A stretch of 64,000 nucleotides of DNA from Rhodospirillaceae bacterium (GTDB lineage Bacteria; Pseudomonadota; Alphaproteobacteria; Azospirillales; Azospirillaceae), in NCBI GenBank assembly GCA_037132135.1, contig JBAXPR010000003.1, positions 16,943-80,942 on the forward strand, given 5' to 3'. Positions 44,407-57,688 of the stretch are shown piece after piece. Under the pieces are notes generated by a model. It worked only from the letters and a program-made list of their open reading frames with translations, was not told the origin of the DNA and ran no database searches. The position numbers were made by a program, and so were the translations under genes. Position 1 is the first letter of the stretch. Each line of letters opens with the position of its first letter.

Positions 44407-44543
44407 GAACAGACTCGTGATATACCAAACCGTCCTGGACAAACAGCCCTGATGGCGAACGCCACCGGTTGGGCGCGGTCCAGTCTCGATCAGTGACGGT
44501 TGTCAGGCCGATTTCATATATCGATTTTACCCCAGAGCGTCCC

Positions 44544-45506
44544 ATGTCACACACTTATGATCAGCCACTACGGTCTGTTTCCTCTCTCGATTGTGGGGCG
44601 GCCGGCGTGGCGGTGCCGGTGATTCTGATCGAGAACGAAACCGGGCTGACCAAGGAGGTGATCCGCAAATGGGAGAGTCGCTACGGATTCCCGCGCCCTG
44701 AGCGCGACGAGAACGGCGACCGCATCTATCCGCCGGATCAGGTGGTGCGGCTGCGTCTGATCCGGCGGCTGCTTGGGGCCGGCATGCGTCCGGGCAAAGT
44801 CGTCGGCCTTGAACTGGAGACGCTGGAGCGGTTGACCGAGCAGATGTCCCTTGAGCCCCCGGGGACGACATCCGACGGCTTTCAACAGGTGCTCGACGCC
44901 TTGTCGGGGCACGATCTGCCGCGTCTGACCCACCTGCTGAAGGGGCAGCTGATCCGGCAGGGCCTGTCGGTGTTCGTGCGGGAAACCGTGGCGAGGCTCA
45001 ATGTTCTGATCGGCGAATGCTGGCTGCGCGGCGAGATCAATATCTTCGAGGAACACCTTTATACCGAGGCGGTCTGCGACCTTCTTCATGAGTCGATCCG
45101 GACCGTGATCAATTTTTCGGGGTCGCCCCGGGTCTTGCTGACCACCGCCCCCGGCGAACTTCATACCATCGGCCTTCTCATGGCCAGCACGATCCTTTCC
45201 TTGGAGGGGGCTCACTGCATCAGCCTCGGCGCGCAGATGCCGGCGGTGGAAATCGTCACCGCGGCCAAGGGCTGCGCCATCGATGTCGTCGGCCTGTCCT
45301 TCAGCATCGCCCGTCCGGCCCGCGATGCGGCGCTGTTCCTGCGCGATCTTCGCGCGCGGCTGGATCCGGCGGTCGAAATCTGGGCCGGTGGAGTCGGCGT
45401 GTCGCGCCTGCGCCGGATGGACGGCGTGCGCTACATGCCGGACCTTGAAAAGGTCAGCCCGACCATCACGGCCTGGCGCAAAAGCCGGGCCGGCGCCGCG
45501 TCTTAA
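44544..45506 (+). CDS. MerR-family HTH + four-helix bundle + cobalamin-binding domain regulator (CarH/LitR-type B12 photoreceptor candidate)
   Basis: MerR HTH IENETGLTKEVIRKWESRYGFPRPERDENGDRIY. W-x9-E-H motif CWLRGEINIFEEH (W codon 45021, EH 45051-45056). B12 motif GELHTIG (His codon 45162), then GLSFS and AGGVG. Confidence 0.85.
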   Translation: MSHTYDQPLRSVSSLDCGAAGVAVPVILIENETGLTKEVIRKWESRYGFPRPERDENGDRIYPPDQVVRLRLIRRLLGAGMRPGKVVGLELETLERLTEQMSLEPPGTTSDGFQQVLDALSGHDLPRLTHLLKGQLIRQGLSVFVRETVARLNVLIGECWLRGEINIFEEHLYTEAVCDLLHESIRTVINFSGSPRVLLTTAPGELHTIGLLMASTILSLEGAHCISLGAQMPAVEIVTAAKGCAIDVVGLSFSIARPARDAALFLRDLRARLDPAVEIWAGGVGVSRLRRMDGVRYMPDLEKVSPTITAWRKSRAGAAS

Positions 45507-45531
45507 GCGGCCGGAAGGCCGGGCGCGGGGC

Positions 45532-47508
45532 TCAGGCGGCCAGCGGCGAGCGGCCGTCCATGAAGCCGTTGACCCGCATCGCCGTTGCCTCATCGAGACG
45601 GAATTGCAGGTGGGTGTCGGTCTCCGAGCGGCGGGCGATCCGGGCCTGGATCGGAGCGACGCCGGGAATCGTCAGTTCGACCGGAGAGCCCACCGGCAGA
45701 TCGACCCGGGCTTCCAGGCTGGCGCCGCCGAGCGAGACATCGTGCATCCGGCAGTCGCGCCGCTGATCGGCCCAGCCGAGCCCGACCATGATGTCGACGG
45801 TCATCCGTTCATAGTGGCGGCGCTCGCCGGCATCGCGAATCGCGGTCAGGAAGGACTCGACCTCGGCGCTCAGGTCGCGGGCGGTTTCCGAGACGTGGCG
45901 GGACGAGGTCAGCACTTCGGCCGAAGCCCCGGTGGTATGCGCGATCGCCTCGGCGACGATCGCCAGCGCGGCGGCGGCTTCCTGCGTGCTTTGGGTGGCG
46001 GCCCTGGCGTTGCCGGAAATTTCCTGGGAGACGCCCTCCTGGCGCCGGGCCGCCTGGGCGATCACGCCGGTGGCCTGATTGACGGCGTCGATGGTCGCGC
46101 CGAACCGCTTGATCGTGCCCACCGCCTCCTCGGCCGCGTCCTGGATGCCCTGGATCTGCGAGCCGATGTCACCGGCGGCCCGGGCGCTCTGGCTGGACAG
46201 ATTCTTGACCTCTCCGGCGACCACCGCGAAGCCCTTGCCGGCGTCGCCGGCCCGCGCGGCCTCGATGGTGGCGTTGAGCGCCAGCAGATTGGTCTGGGAG
46301 GCGATCGACTGGATCAGGCTGAGGATTTCCCCGATCCGGCCGGCCTTTTCGGCCAGGCTGCCGACGATGGCGTCAGAGCGCTCGGCCTCGTCGACCGCGG
46401 TGCGCATCACGCCGTCGGAGCGCTCGAGCTGCAGGGCGATCTCTTCGACCGTGCCCCGCAGCTTGCCCGCCTCGCCGGCGACGATATCGACCTTGCCGGC
46501 GGCGGTCCGGGTCGCCTCCGAGACGGTGGTCGCCTGCTGGGCCGCCCGCCGTGCCACCGCGGACATGTTCTCGGCAGTGCTCTGCATCGATGAGGCGGCG
46601 TCGGCCAGCATCGTCAGCACGCCGCTGACGCCGCCGCTGAAATCCTGGATCAACTGGTTGGCGGCGGCCTGCCGGCGACGCTTGGCCTCTTCCTCGTCGC
46701 GCCGGCGCCGGCGCAGGTTGTCCATGGCGATGGCGTTCTGGCGGAACACCTCCAGCGCCCGGGCCAGGGCGCCGATTTCATCCCGGCGGTCGGCATCGCG
46801 GATCTCGATCGCGGTGTCACCGTCGGCCAGACGCCCCATGCCGGCGACCATGCGGCCGACCGGACGGGTGATCGAAGCCGTGATCGACCAGGACAGCAGG
46901 ATGCCAAGCACGAAGCCGCCGACGGCAAGGCTGATCGACAGGGCATTGGAGCGCCGGTAATGCTCCTCGCTGTGATGATAGAGCGAGCCGGCCTGCTGGC
47001 GCTGGAGGTCGAGCAGCGCGCGCAGCGGGGTCGCCGCCTTGCGGAATTCGGCGGTGCTGTCGCGGGCGAGGCGGCTGGCCGCGGCCTCCGGGTTCCCCGA
47101 AGCAACGGCGGCGACGACGCTGGTATAAAAGGCCGAAAGCGAGGCCAGCCCGGCATCGATGGTCCGGGCGAGGGCTTGTTCGTCCTCATCGAGCGGCGTG
47201 TTCCGGTAGGCCTGCCACTGGGAGGCCAATTCCTTGACGTGCTTTTGGAGTTCGACCGACAGTAGCGGCAGCTTCGCCGGATCGCGGCTGAGCAGGGCGT
47301 CGAAGGCGCGGATGCGCACCCGGTGCATGGTATCGGCGACGGCGCTGAGATGAGCCATGGCCAGGGTCTTGTCCTCGTAGACGTCCTGGAAGTCGTGGTT
47401 CATATCGGCCATGCCGCTGAGGCAGGCGATGCTGATCGCGGCGATGATCGCAAGCAGTGTCCCGGTCAAAATTGCGAGGCGAACACTGAAATTGACATTT
47501 CTCAACAT
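45532..47508 (-). CDS. methyl-accepting chemotaxis protein with C-terminal PilZ domain (second copy)
   Basis: TM-sensor-TM-HAMP, [20 protein letters not shown], then a C-terminal 96 aa with RRHYER ... DVSLGG (PilZ). Start placed at ATG 47508 behind GAGGGGGAG. Confidence 0.85.
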   Translation of the reverse strand: MLRNVNFSVRLAILTGTLLAIIAAISIACLSGMADMNHDFQDVYEDKTLAMAHLSAVADTMHRVRIRAFDALLSRDPAKLPLLSVELQKHVKELASQWQAYRNTPLDEDEQALARTIDAGLASLSAFYTSVVAAVASGNPEAAASRLARDSTAEFRKAATPLRALLDLQRQQAGSLYHHSEEHYRRSNALSISLAVGGFVLGILLSWSITASITRPVGRMVAGMGRLADGDTAIEIRDADRRDEIGALARALEVFRQNAIAMDNLRRRRRDEEEAKRRRQAAANQLIQDFSGGVSGVLTMLADAASSMQSTAENMSAVARRAAQQATTVSEATRTAAGKVDIVAGEAGKLRGTVEEIALQLERSDGVMRTAVDEAERSDAIVGSLAEKAGRIGEILSLIQSIASQTNLLALNATIEAARAGDAGKGFAVVAGEVKNLSSQSARAAGDIGSQIQGIQDAAEEAVGTIKRFGATIDAVNQATGVIAQAARRQEGVSQEISGNARAATQSTQEAAAALAIVAEAIAHTTGASAEVLTSSRHVSETARDLSAEVESFLTAIRDAGERRHYERMTVDIMVGLGWADQRRDCRMHDVSLGGASLEARVDLPVGSPVELTIPGVAPIQARIARRSETDTHLQFRLDEATAMRVNGFMDGRSPLAA

Positions 47509-47777
47509 AACCAGCTCCCCCTCGGTTCCTGAACCGGCCCGGGCAGAGCTTGCCAGGATGAACCGATCGAACAACGCGGAGTGACCATAAACCAGAACGA
47601 GTCCTGATGGCCATTATATAGGTGGTTTATCGCGGCGTGGTCTATCCATTTTATACGACAACTATCTGTCGGCCCTGCTCCATCAGAAAAGCGAAGTCCA
47701 GTACAGATAATAGAATATTAACCATGGCGTCAAATCACTGGTTGACTTCGAGAAATGGTGATGCCGGTGCCGCGGCC

Positions 47778-49400
47778 TCAGCTGCGCACGGCGCCGCCGT
47801 CGACGGCCTCCAGGTTGAAGGCGGCGGCGAGCAGGGCCTGGGTGTAGGCGTCGCTGGGTGCCGAGAAGATGCGCTCGGTCGGCCCCTGTTCGACCACCCG
47901 GCCGTCCTTCATCACGATCACCTCGTTGGAGAGCGCGCGCACCACCTTGAGGTCGTGGCTGATGAAGAGATAGGCGAGGCCGTGGCGGGCCTGGAGGTCG
48001 CGCAGCAGATCCACGATCTGGGCCTGGACCGACATGTCGAGTGCCGAGGTCGGCTCGTCGAGCACGACAAAACGCGGCTTGAGCGCCATGGCGCGGGCGA
48101 TGGCCACCCGCTGGCGCTGGCCGCCGGAAAATTCGTGGGGGTAGCGATGGCGGGTGGCGGGATCGAGTCCGACCTCTTCGAGCGCGGTCGCGATCATCGC
48201 CTCGCGCTCGGCCGGGCTGCCGAGCCGGTGTATCTTCAGGCCCTCGGCGATGATGTCGCCGATCGAGAGGCGGGGACTGAGGCTGCCGAACGGATCCTGG
48301 AACACGACCTGAATCTGCCGGCGCAACGGCCGCATCGCCGCCCGGCTCCAACCCTGGATGTTTTGGCCGTCGAAGCGGATCGCGCCCTGGCTGGCGGTGA
48401 GGCGCAGCAGGGCGAGGCCGAGGGTGGTTTTGCCCGAACCCGACTCGCCGACCACGCCCACGGTGTGACCGGCCCGCACCCGGACGCTGATGCCGTCCAC
48501 GGCCCGGATGTAATCGACGGTGCGCCGCAGCAGCCCCTTGCGGACCGGGAAGTGAACCTTGATATCGTCGCCGGCCAGCACCTCGGGGGCGTCGTCGGGC
48601 GGAGCCGGCGGCTGGCCCTTGGGCTCGGCGGCGAGCAGGCGGCGGGTATAGGGGTGAGCGGGGGCGGCAAACAGGCTAGCCACCTCTGCCGCCTCCACCA
48701 CCAGCCCCTCCGACATCACACAGACCCGGTCGGCCATCTTGCGCACGATGCCGAGATCGTGGGTGATCAGCAGCAGCGCCATGCCGAAGCGGCGTTGCAG
48801 GTCTTTGAGGAGGGCCAGAATCTGGGCCTGGATCGTGACGTCGAGGGCGGTGGTCGGCTCGTCGGCGATCAGCAGATCGGGCTCGTTGGCCAGGGCCATC
48901 GCGATCATTACCCGCTGGCGCTGGCCGCCCGATAGCTCGTGGGGAAAGGCGCCGAGCCGTTGTTCGGCGTTGGCGAGGCCGACCAGGGTCAGGAGGTCGA
49001 GCGCCCGCGCCCGCGCCGCCGCCCGGCCCAGTCCCTTGTGGACATAGAGGGTCTCGGTGATCTGGCGCTCAATGCTGTGGAGCGGGTTGAGCGAGGTCAT
49101 CGGTTCCTGGAAGACCATGGCGATACGGTTGCCGCGGACGTCGCGCAGCACCGGTTCGGGTGCGCCCACCAGCTCGGTGCCGCGAAAGCGGATGCTGCCC
49201 GACGGGTGGCGGGCCTGGGGGTAGGGCAGCAATTGCAGGATCGAGAGGGCGGTCACCGACTTGCCCGAACCGGACTCGCCGACCAGGGCCAGGGTCTCGC
49301 CGGGCCGGACCTCGAAGGAGATGCCCCGCACCGCCGGAACCTCGGCGCCCGAAACCTGGAAACTGACGGCAAGATCGCGAACGGAGAGCAGGGCGGGCAT
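47778..49400 (-). CDS. fused double ABC ATPase, peptide/microcin-type (YejF/DppDF-like)
   Basis: Two nucleotide-binding domains: GESGSGKS + LSGGQRQRVMIAMAL, and GESGSGKTT + FSGGQRQRVAIARAM. No permease or SBP gene anywhere in the window. Start 49400 (MPALLSVRDL); 49430 is an alternative. Confidence 0.9.
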   Translation of the reverse strand: MPALLSVRDLAVSFQVSGAEVPAVRGISFEVRPGETLALVGESGSGKSVTALSILQLLPYPQARHPSGSIRFRGTELVGAPEPVLRDVRGNRIAMVFQEPMTSLNPLHSIERQITETLYVHKGLGRAAARARALDLLTLVGLANAEQRLGAFPHELSGGQRQRVMIAMALANEPDLLIADEPTTALDVTIQAQILALLKDLQRRFGMALLLITHDLGIVRKMADRVCVMSEGLVVEAAEVASLFAAPAHPYTRRLLAAEPKGQPPAPPDDAPEVLAGDDIKVHFPVRKGLLRRTVDYIRAVDGISVRVRAGHTVGVVGESGSGKTTLGLALLRLTASQGAIRFDGQNIQGWSRAAMRPLRRQIQVVFQDPFGSLSPRLSIGDIIAEGLKIHRLGSPAEREAMIATALEEVGLDPATRHRYPHEFSGGQRQRVAIARAMALKPRFVVLDEPTSALDMSVQAQIVDLLRDLQARHGLAYLFISHDLKVVRALSNEVIVMKDGRVVEQGPTERIFSAPSDAYTQALLAAAFNLEAVDGGAVRS

Positions 49401-49413
49401 CGGGGCTGAGGTC

Positions 49414-52394
49414 CTAAAGCGTTTCGACATGGTGGGCGACGCGGTCCATTTCCGCTTCGACCCGGGCTGCCAGCCCGACCACCTCGGGCCAGGGCAAGGT
49501 TTCGGCGGCGGTCTCCAGGCGGTGGGCGGCCTCGGCGAGGCCGCGGGCTCCGGCGGTGCGCGAGGAGCCCTTGAGATTGTGGGCGCAATCCCGCACCGCC
49601 CGCGGCAGCCGGCCGGCAATCGCGGTGGCCAGCTCGGTGCAGATGTGGCGGCTGACGGTGACGAAGTCGCCGAACATCTCGCGGATCAGCAGCGGATCGT
49701 CGCAGCAGAGTGCCGCCATCGCGCTGTCGTCGATGGGCGAGGGCACCGGTGGCGGCGGCGGCGGCTTTGGCGAGGCCGCGGCGGCGGCCGGCCCGGCGGG
49801 CGGGGGTTTGCCGGCGGGCAGCCAGCGCTCGACCGTGGCCTGAAGTTTGCTGAGCTGCAGCGGCTTGCACAGATAATCGTCCATGCCGGCGATGCGGAAG
49901 CGCTCGGCTTCGCCTTCGAAGGCGTTGGCGGTGATGGCCACGATCGGCAGCCGCCGGCCGGTGGCCCTCTCGCGTTCGCGGATGCGCCGGGTCAGTTCAA
50001 AGCCGTCCATCTCGGGCATGTGGCAGTCGGTCAGCAGCAGGACGTAGTCCTTGGTTCCGATGGCCTCCAGCGCCTGCTTGCCGTCGTTGGCCATGTCGAC
50101 CGCAAGGCCCATGGTCGCGAGTTGCATCGAGATCACCCGCCGGTTGATGGCGTTGTCCTCGGCCACCAGCACCAGCGGTCCGGCGGGCTCGGGGCGTGCC
50201 GGGGCGGCCGGGCGGCGGGGTGCCGGCGCGTCGGTGGCCCGGCGGCTGGGATGGTCGGGCTCGGGGCTGCGGGCGCGGCCGGCAGTGGCGTCGGTCTCGG
50301 CGGGCAGGCGCCCGGCGGCGGTGGCCACCGCGCGGATCAGCGCCGCACGCCGCACCGGCTTGATCACGGTCAGCGCGGCATCCGAAGCGCGGGTGCGGCG
50401 AATCTTGCCGTCTCCCGAGCGCTGGGCGATCAGCACGGTCGGAATGGTGAAGCCGCCCTGGCCGAGGATCAGCGCTTCGCGCACCGCCACCACCGAGGCC
50501 TGATAGAGCCGGCCGTCGATCACGGCGACATCGAAGGGGCGCCCGGCTGCGAGAGAGGAATGGGCGCTGTTGAGCAGGCCGTGGCCGTCGGTGCTGCCGA
50601 TCACCCGCGCCCCCGCGGCTTCGAGATAGCCGGTCAGGAAGCCGCGGGCGGTGGCGTCGGCGACGGCGAGGGCGATGGTCAGGCCGGCGAGCGGCATGGT
50701 CTTCGCTGTGCCGGTGCTCCGCCCCGGTTCCGGAGCCGCGACCGCGAGGCTGGCCAGGAAGGTGAAGGTCGAACCATGGCCGACGCGGCTGTCGACCTCG
50801 ACCGTGCCTGCCATCATCTCGGCGAGGCGACGGCAGATCGAAAGCCCGAGGCCGGTGCCGCCAAAGCGCCGGGCCGTCGACTGCTCGGCCTGGGCGTAGG
50901 GCTGAAACAGAATCGCCTGAACCTCGGCCGGGATGCCGATGCCGGTATCGGTGACGCGCATGCGGATACGGGCGCGCCCGCTGCCGGCATCGTCCGGCCG
51001 CGCCGGCGTCCCGTCGAGATCGACGCGCAGAATGACCCGGCCGTGCTCGGTGAACTTGAGCGCGTTGCCGCCGAGATTGAACAGAATCTGGCGCAGGCGC
51101 AGCGGATCGCCGATCAGCGCCGGTGGAATCGCGGGATCGACGTAGGTCAGCAGGTCGATGTCCTTGCGCCAGGCACTGGGGGCCAGGGTTTCGGCCACGC
51201 CTTCGACGATGGCGGCCAGGGAGACCGGCACCGCCTCCAGCACCAGCTTTTCCGCCTCGATCTTCGAAAAATCGAGAATGTCGTCGATGATGCGCAGCAG
51301 CGCGGTCGCCGATTCGCGAATCGTCGACACGGTTTCCGACTGCTGGGGGTCGAGTTGGGTCCGCTCCAGCAGTTCCAGCATCCCGAGCACGCCATTCATC
51401 GGCGTGCGGATTTCGTGGCTCATGGTGGCCAGGAAGGCCGATTTGGCCCGGGTCGCCTGCTCGGCCTGATTCTTGGCGGCGTTGAGGTCGGACTCGGTCT
51501 GCTTCAGGCGCGAGATGTCGTGAATCCAGCCGAGATAGCCCCGTTCGCCGGCAAAGCCGCGGGGGTCGCCCGAGAGCAGCGCCCAGAAGCTCGAGCCGTC
51601 GGCCCGGCGCAGCCGCAATTCGGTGTCGCGCATCGCCTCGCCGCGGGCGATCCGCCCGGCGTAGCGGCTGCGCTCCTCGGCTTCGACCAGCAGATCGGGC
51701 ATGGCGGTGCCGATCAGGCTCTCCTGATCGCGGCCGAACAGCTCGGCGAAGCGACGGTTGGCGAAGGTCAGGCCGCCATCACTGGTCATGGCGCCGACGC
51801 CGACCGGGCTGCTCTCGAGAATCGCCCTCAGGTGCTCGCGGCTGTCGAGCAACTCGCGGGTGCGCTCGGCGACCTTGGTCTCGATCGAGACAATGTGCTC
51901 ATAGGAGCGCAGAGCGGCGATAATCGAGATCACCAGATCGTCGGCGGTGAGTTCGGCCTTGGAGCGGTAATCGTTGATGTCGTAGTCGAGCACGACCTGC
52001 CGCTGCGGCGCCTGTCCCGGCTGGCCGGTGCGCAGGATCAGGCGGATATCGCTGTTGTGCAGTTCGCGCCGGATGTCACGCACCAGATGCAGGCCGGCGT
52101 AGTCATCCTCCATCACGACATCGATCAGGGCGACGGCGATGCCGGGGTCATGCTCCAGGTACTGGATCGCCTCGGCGGCGGAATAGGCACTGAGCAAGGT
52201 CAGCGGCCGGTTGCGATAGTGCAGGTCCGAGAGGATCAGCGCCGTCATCGAGTGGACGTCGGGCTCGTCGTCCACCACCAGAATCTCCCACGCTTTCTCA
52301 CGGCCGCGACCGCGGCCGGAGTCGGTCTCGTCGGCGAACTGGATTTCCTCGTCGGTGTCCGGATTCCCCTCGGGGCTGCCGGGCTGGTCTCGGG

Positions 52395-52398
<4 letters not shown>
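49414..52398 (-). CDS. hybrid sensor kinase: atypical N-terminal receiver-like domain, PAS, HisKA, HATPase, divergent REC, REC, HPt (994 aa)
   Basis: ILVVDDEPDVHS..ALIDVVMEDD..DINDYRSK, MSHEIRTPMNGVLG, DTGIGIP..GTGLGLSICRRL, VLVAEDNAINR..LLTDCHMPEMDG, AHNLKGSSRTAG. ATGA overlap with the upstream kinase. Confidence 0.9.
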
Positions 52399-54725
<2,327 letters not shown>

Positions 54726-55059
54726 CGGTGTCTCCTCTGGTCTCGGGGGCGGCGGACCCCATCGGCCCGCCGGCCCGCGCAGGCGCAGCCTGAGCTGAAC
54801 TCCAAGAGACGCTATATCAGATAGCGTGCCGGCTGTCGCGGGCCGGCGCTGCCCGCTGCCGCTTTGTTCTCTTTCCGACCTTAGATTGTGTCTTACACCA
54901 TTTTTGGAGTCGCAATTGACTGCCGGCTGGCTTATAAGCGTGTGGTAATATTTTAAAAGCTGTGAAATCTGACCTCTATCACTTCACAACACTGTAAAAT
55001 TATCCGCAACGACGCGGGCCGATCTCGGTGACCGAGGCCGGAAGTCTCTGGAGGCTGAA

Positions 55060-57057
55060 ATGGCGGTGCGTTTGACGATCGGGAAGAAACTGTCCCTGAT
55101 ATTCGTGTTGTTTCTGGTGCCCCTCGGCTATCTGCTCTACAGCCTGATCGCGGAGAAAGATATTTCGATCGATTTCGCCCGCAAGGAAGTTATTGGCGAC
55201 CACTATATCGACGTGCTGCGCGACCTCGAACTGGCGCTGCACCGGCTGGCGCCGGGGCCGGCGACCGAGCGCTTGCGCCGGGCGCTGGCGGCGGCGGCCG
55301 AGGCCGAGCGCAGCCTGGGCGAGGGCATGGACAGTGCCACCTTGGCGGCGACCCTGCAAAAAGAGGGCAAAGCGGTGACCGCCGGGGCCGGCGCCAGCGA
55401 CGGCGAAGCGGCGCGCAAGGTGCTGCGCGATCTGATCGGCCGGGTTGGTGATCAGTCGAATCTGATCCTCGATCCCGACCTCGACAGCTTTTATGTCATG
55501 GATGCGGTGGTGGTGAAACTGCCCGATCTCGCCGACCGGGTGGCCGGGTTGATCCGGCTCGGTCTGACGATCCAGGCCAAGGGGCAACTCGATGCCGACG
55601 ACCGCACCGAATTCCTGATTCAGCGCGGCGGCCTCGAATCGACTATCGAGGGGCTGGAGAGTTCGGTGTCGGCGGCCTATCGCGGCAATGCCGACGGCAG
55701 CCTCAAGACTGCGCTCGACCCCGACTATCATGCCGCCAAGCGGGCGCTCGACGGCGTCGTGCCGGTGATCAGCGCCGCCGTGATCACCTCGGGCGGGAAG
55801 GGCATCGACGCTGCCGCGCTCAGGGGGCTCGAAGAGCAGACCCTGGCCGCGGTGGAACAGCTGTGGAAGACCGCCTCGATGCAGCTGGAACGGCTGCTGG
55901 TGGCGCGGATCGACGGCTTTTACGCCAAGATGGCAACGACGCTGGGCGTCGCGGCCCTGCTGTTTCTGCTGGCCTGGGGGATTGGCTTCGGAGTGGTGGT
56001 GACCGATGTCACCCGGCCGGTGCGGGCGATCACCGCCGCGATGCGCCGGCTCGCCGCGGGCGATCTTGATGTTGCCATTCCGGGCGCCGGCCGGCGCGAC
56101 GAACTCGGCGAGATGGCTTCGGCGGTGGCGGTGTTCAAGGAGAACGCCGCCGAGGTCGCGCGCTTGTCGGCCGAGGGTGAGGCGTTGCGCCGGCGGGCGC
56201 AAGACGAGAAGCAGACCATGGTGCTGCAGCTCGCCGATTCGTTTGAGGGCAAAGTGCTGGGCGCGACCGATGCCTTCCGCACCAGCGCCGCCCGGATCAT
56301 CGAGGCGGCCAAGACCATGGGCCAGCGCTTGGGGCGGGCCGGCAACAGCTCGCTCCAGGCCTCGGCGACCACCGAGCGGACCACCCGCAACGCGGCCGAA
56401 CTCGGTGAGGCGGTTCAGGGGCTGGCGGCCATGGTCGCCGAGGTGCGCGACCGCTTCAAGGAATCGCTCGAGATTGCAAACCGCGCGCTGGCAGAAGCCG
56501 AATCCGCGAGAGCCACCGTCGGCGGGCTGTCGGTGGCCGGCGACCGAATCGGCGAGGTCGTGACGCTGATTTCCAATATCGCCAGCCAGACCAACCTCTT
56601 GGCCCTCAATGCCACCATCGAGGCCGCCCGGGCCGGCGACGCCGGCAAGGGCTTTGCGGTGGTCGCGACCGAGGTCAAGAATCTGGCCGGGCAAACCGCT
56701 CGCGCCACCGGTGAGATCTCGTCCCAGGTCGCCGACATCCAGGTGTCGACCCGCAGCGCTGTCACCGCGATCAGTGAAATCGGCCAGACCATCGACACCA
56801 TCGGCCGCATTGCCGGTGCCGTCGCGGAGGCGGTCGAGCGCCAGGACGAGGCGACGCGGGAGATCATCGGCATCGTTGCCCAGGTTGCGGTCGATGCCGA
56901 GGACTTCAGTCAGCGTTTCTCCGAACTTGCCAAAAATTCGGCGGCCTCCTACGGTTCGGCGATCCGGGTGATCTGGGCGGCCAAGGATCTCAGCCAACCG
57001 ACCGACATGGTGGTCGAGGACCTGGGCGAACTGCTGACCACCCTCAGAGCGGGCTGA
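55060..57057 (+). CDS. methyl-accepting chemotaxis protein (no PilZ)
   Basis: N-terminal TM, second TM + HAMP ([19 protein letters not shown]), [25 protein letters not shown] Shine-Dalgarno. Confidence 0.9.
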   Translation: MAVRLTIGKKLSLIFVLFLVPLGYLLYSLIAEKDISIDFARKEVIGDHYIDVLRDLELALHRLAPGPATERLRRALAAAAEAERSLGEGMDSATLAATLQKEGKAVTAGAGASDGEAARKVLRDLIGRVGDQSNLILDPDLDSFYVMDAVVVKLPDLADRVAGLIRLGLTIQAKGQLDADDRTEFLIQRGGLESTIEGLESSVSAAYRGNADGSLKTALDPDYHAAKRALDGVVPVISAAVITSGGKGIDAAALRGLEEQTLAAVEQLWKTASMQLERLLVARIDGFYAKMATTLGVAALLFLLAWGIGFGVVVTDVTRPVRAITAAMRRLAAGDLDVAIPGAGRRDELGEMASAVAVFKENAAEVARLSAEGEALRRRAQDEKQTMVLQLADSFEGKVLGATDAFRTSAARIIEAAKTMGQRLGRAGNSSLQASATTERTTRNAAELGEAVQGLAAMVAEVRDRFKESLEIANRALAEAESARATVGGLSVAGDRIGEVVTLISNIASQTNLLALNATIEAARAGDAGKGFAVVATEVKNLAGQTARATGEISSQVADIQVSTRSAVTAISEIGQTIDTIGRIAGAVAEAVERQDEATREIIGIVAQVAVDAEDFSQRFSELAKNSAASYGSAIRVIWAAKDLSQPTDMVVEDLGELLTTLRAG

Positions 57058-57273
57058 CCGCCGAGGGATGAATCGACGCAGCGGGCTTGAGGGGCAGGCT
57101 GGCTTAGGCTAGTGTGTCCGGGATCAAGGTAAACGGGGGAGAGAGAGTCTTTCCCCAGGGACTATTGAACGGGGAATACAGGACCTCGTCGGAAACAAGG
57201 GCTCGGCGGCCGGAGGGTCCGGTGGTCGGAACGATCCGGACGGCGACGGCGATGTGGCGAAAGTGAGGACACG

Positions 57274-57579
57274 ATGGAGTTTCAAGCGCGCAACCTGCCA
57301 GATGCAATAGAAGCGCGTCTTACCGGGCGGCTGGAGTTCACCGACCATGACCGCCTGCGTGACATCGTGGCGTTGTTGGACGGCCCCAACCTGCGACGGT
57401 TCGTGGTCGATGTTTCAGGGCTGGATTTCATCGATTCCGCGGGACTGGGGATGATCCTGATCCTCCAGGAAGAGGCGGAGCAAAAGAATATCATACTGGT
57501 CGTGCGCGGGCCGCGCGACGACGTCAAGCGCTCGATCGATCTCGCGAAGATCGGCGAAATCGTGACCATCGAGTATTAG
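57274..57579 (+). CDS. STAS-domain anti-sigma-factor antagonist (SpoIIAA/RsbV-like)
   Basis: 101 aa with LDFIDSAGLGMILIL, containing the conserved phosphorylatable Ser context. Confidence 0.85.
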   Translation: MEFQARNLPDAIEARLTGRLEFTDHDRLRDIVALLDGPNLRRFVVDVSGLDFIDSAGLGMILILQEEAEQKNIILVVRGPRDDVKRSIDLAKIGEIVTIEY

Positions 57580-57688
57580 TGAGGCGGGAATCATCACCAC
57601 CCCATTCTGCGTCGTTCCCGACCTGATCCCGGCCGATTCGGGAGGGCGGTGCGCCGCGCGTTACAGCGCGTTCGGCGAGGGTGACGAC

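Noticed and set aside
55000-56997. Minus-strand 665-aa ORF
   Set aside because: It is antisense to the MCP at 55060..57057, which carries the invariant [17 protein letters not shown] hairpin. The minus-strand product has no recognisable features.
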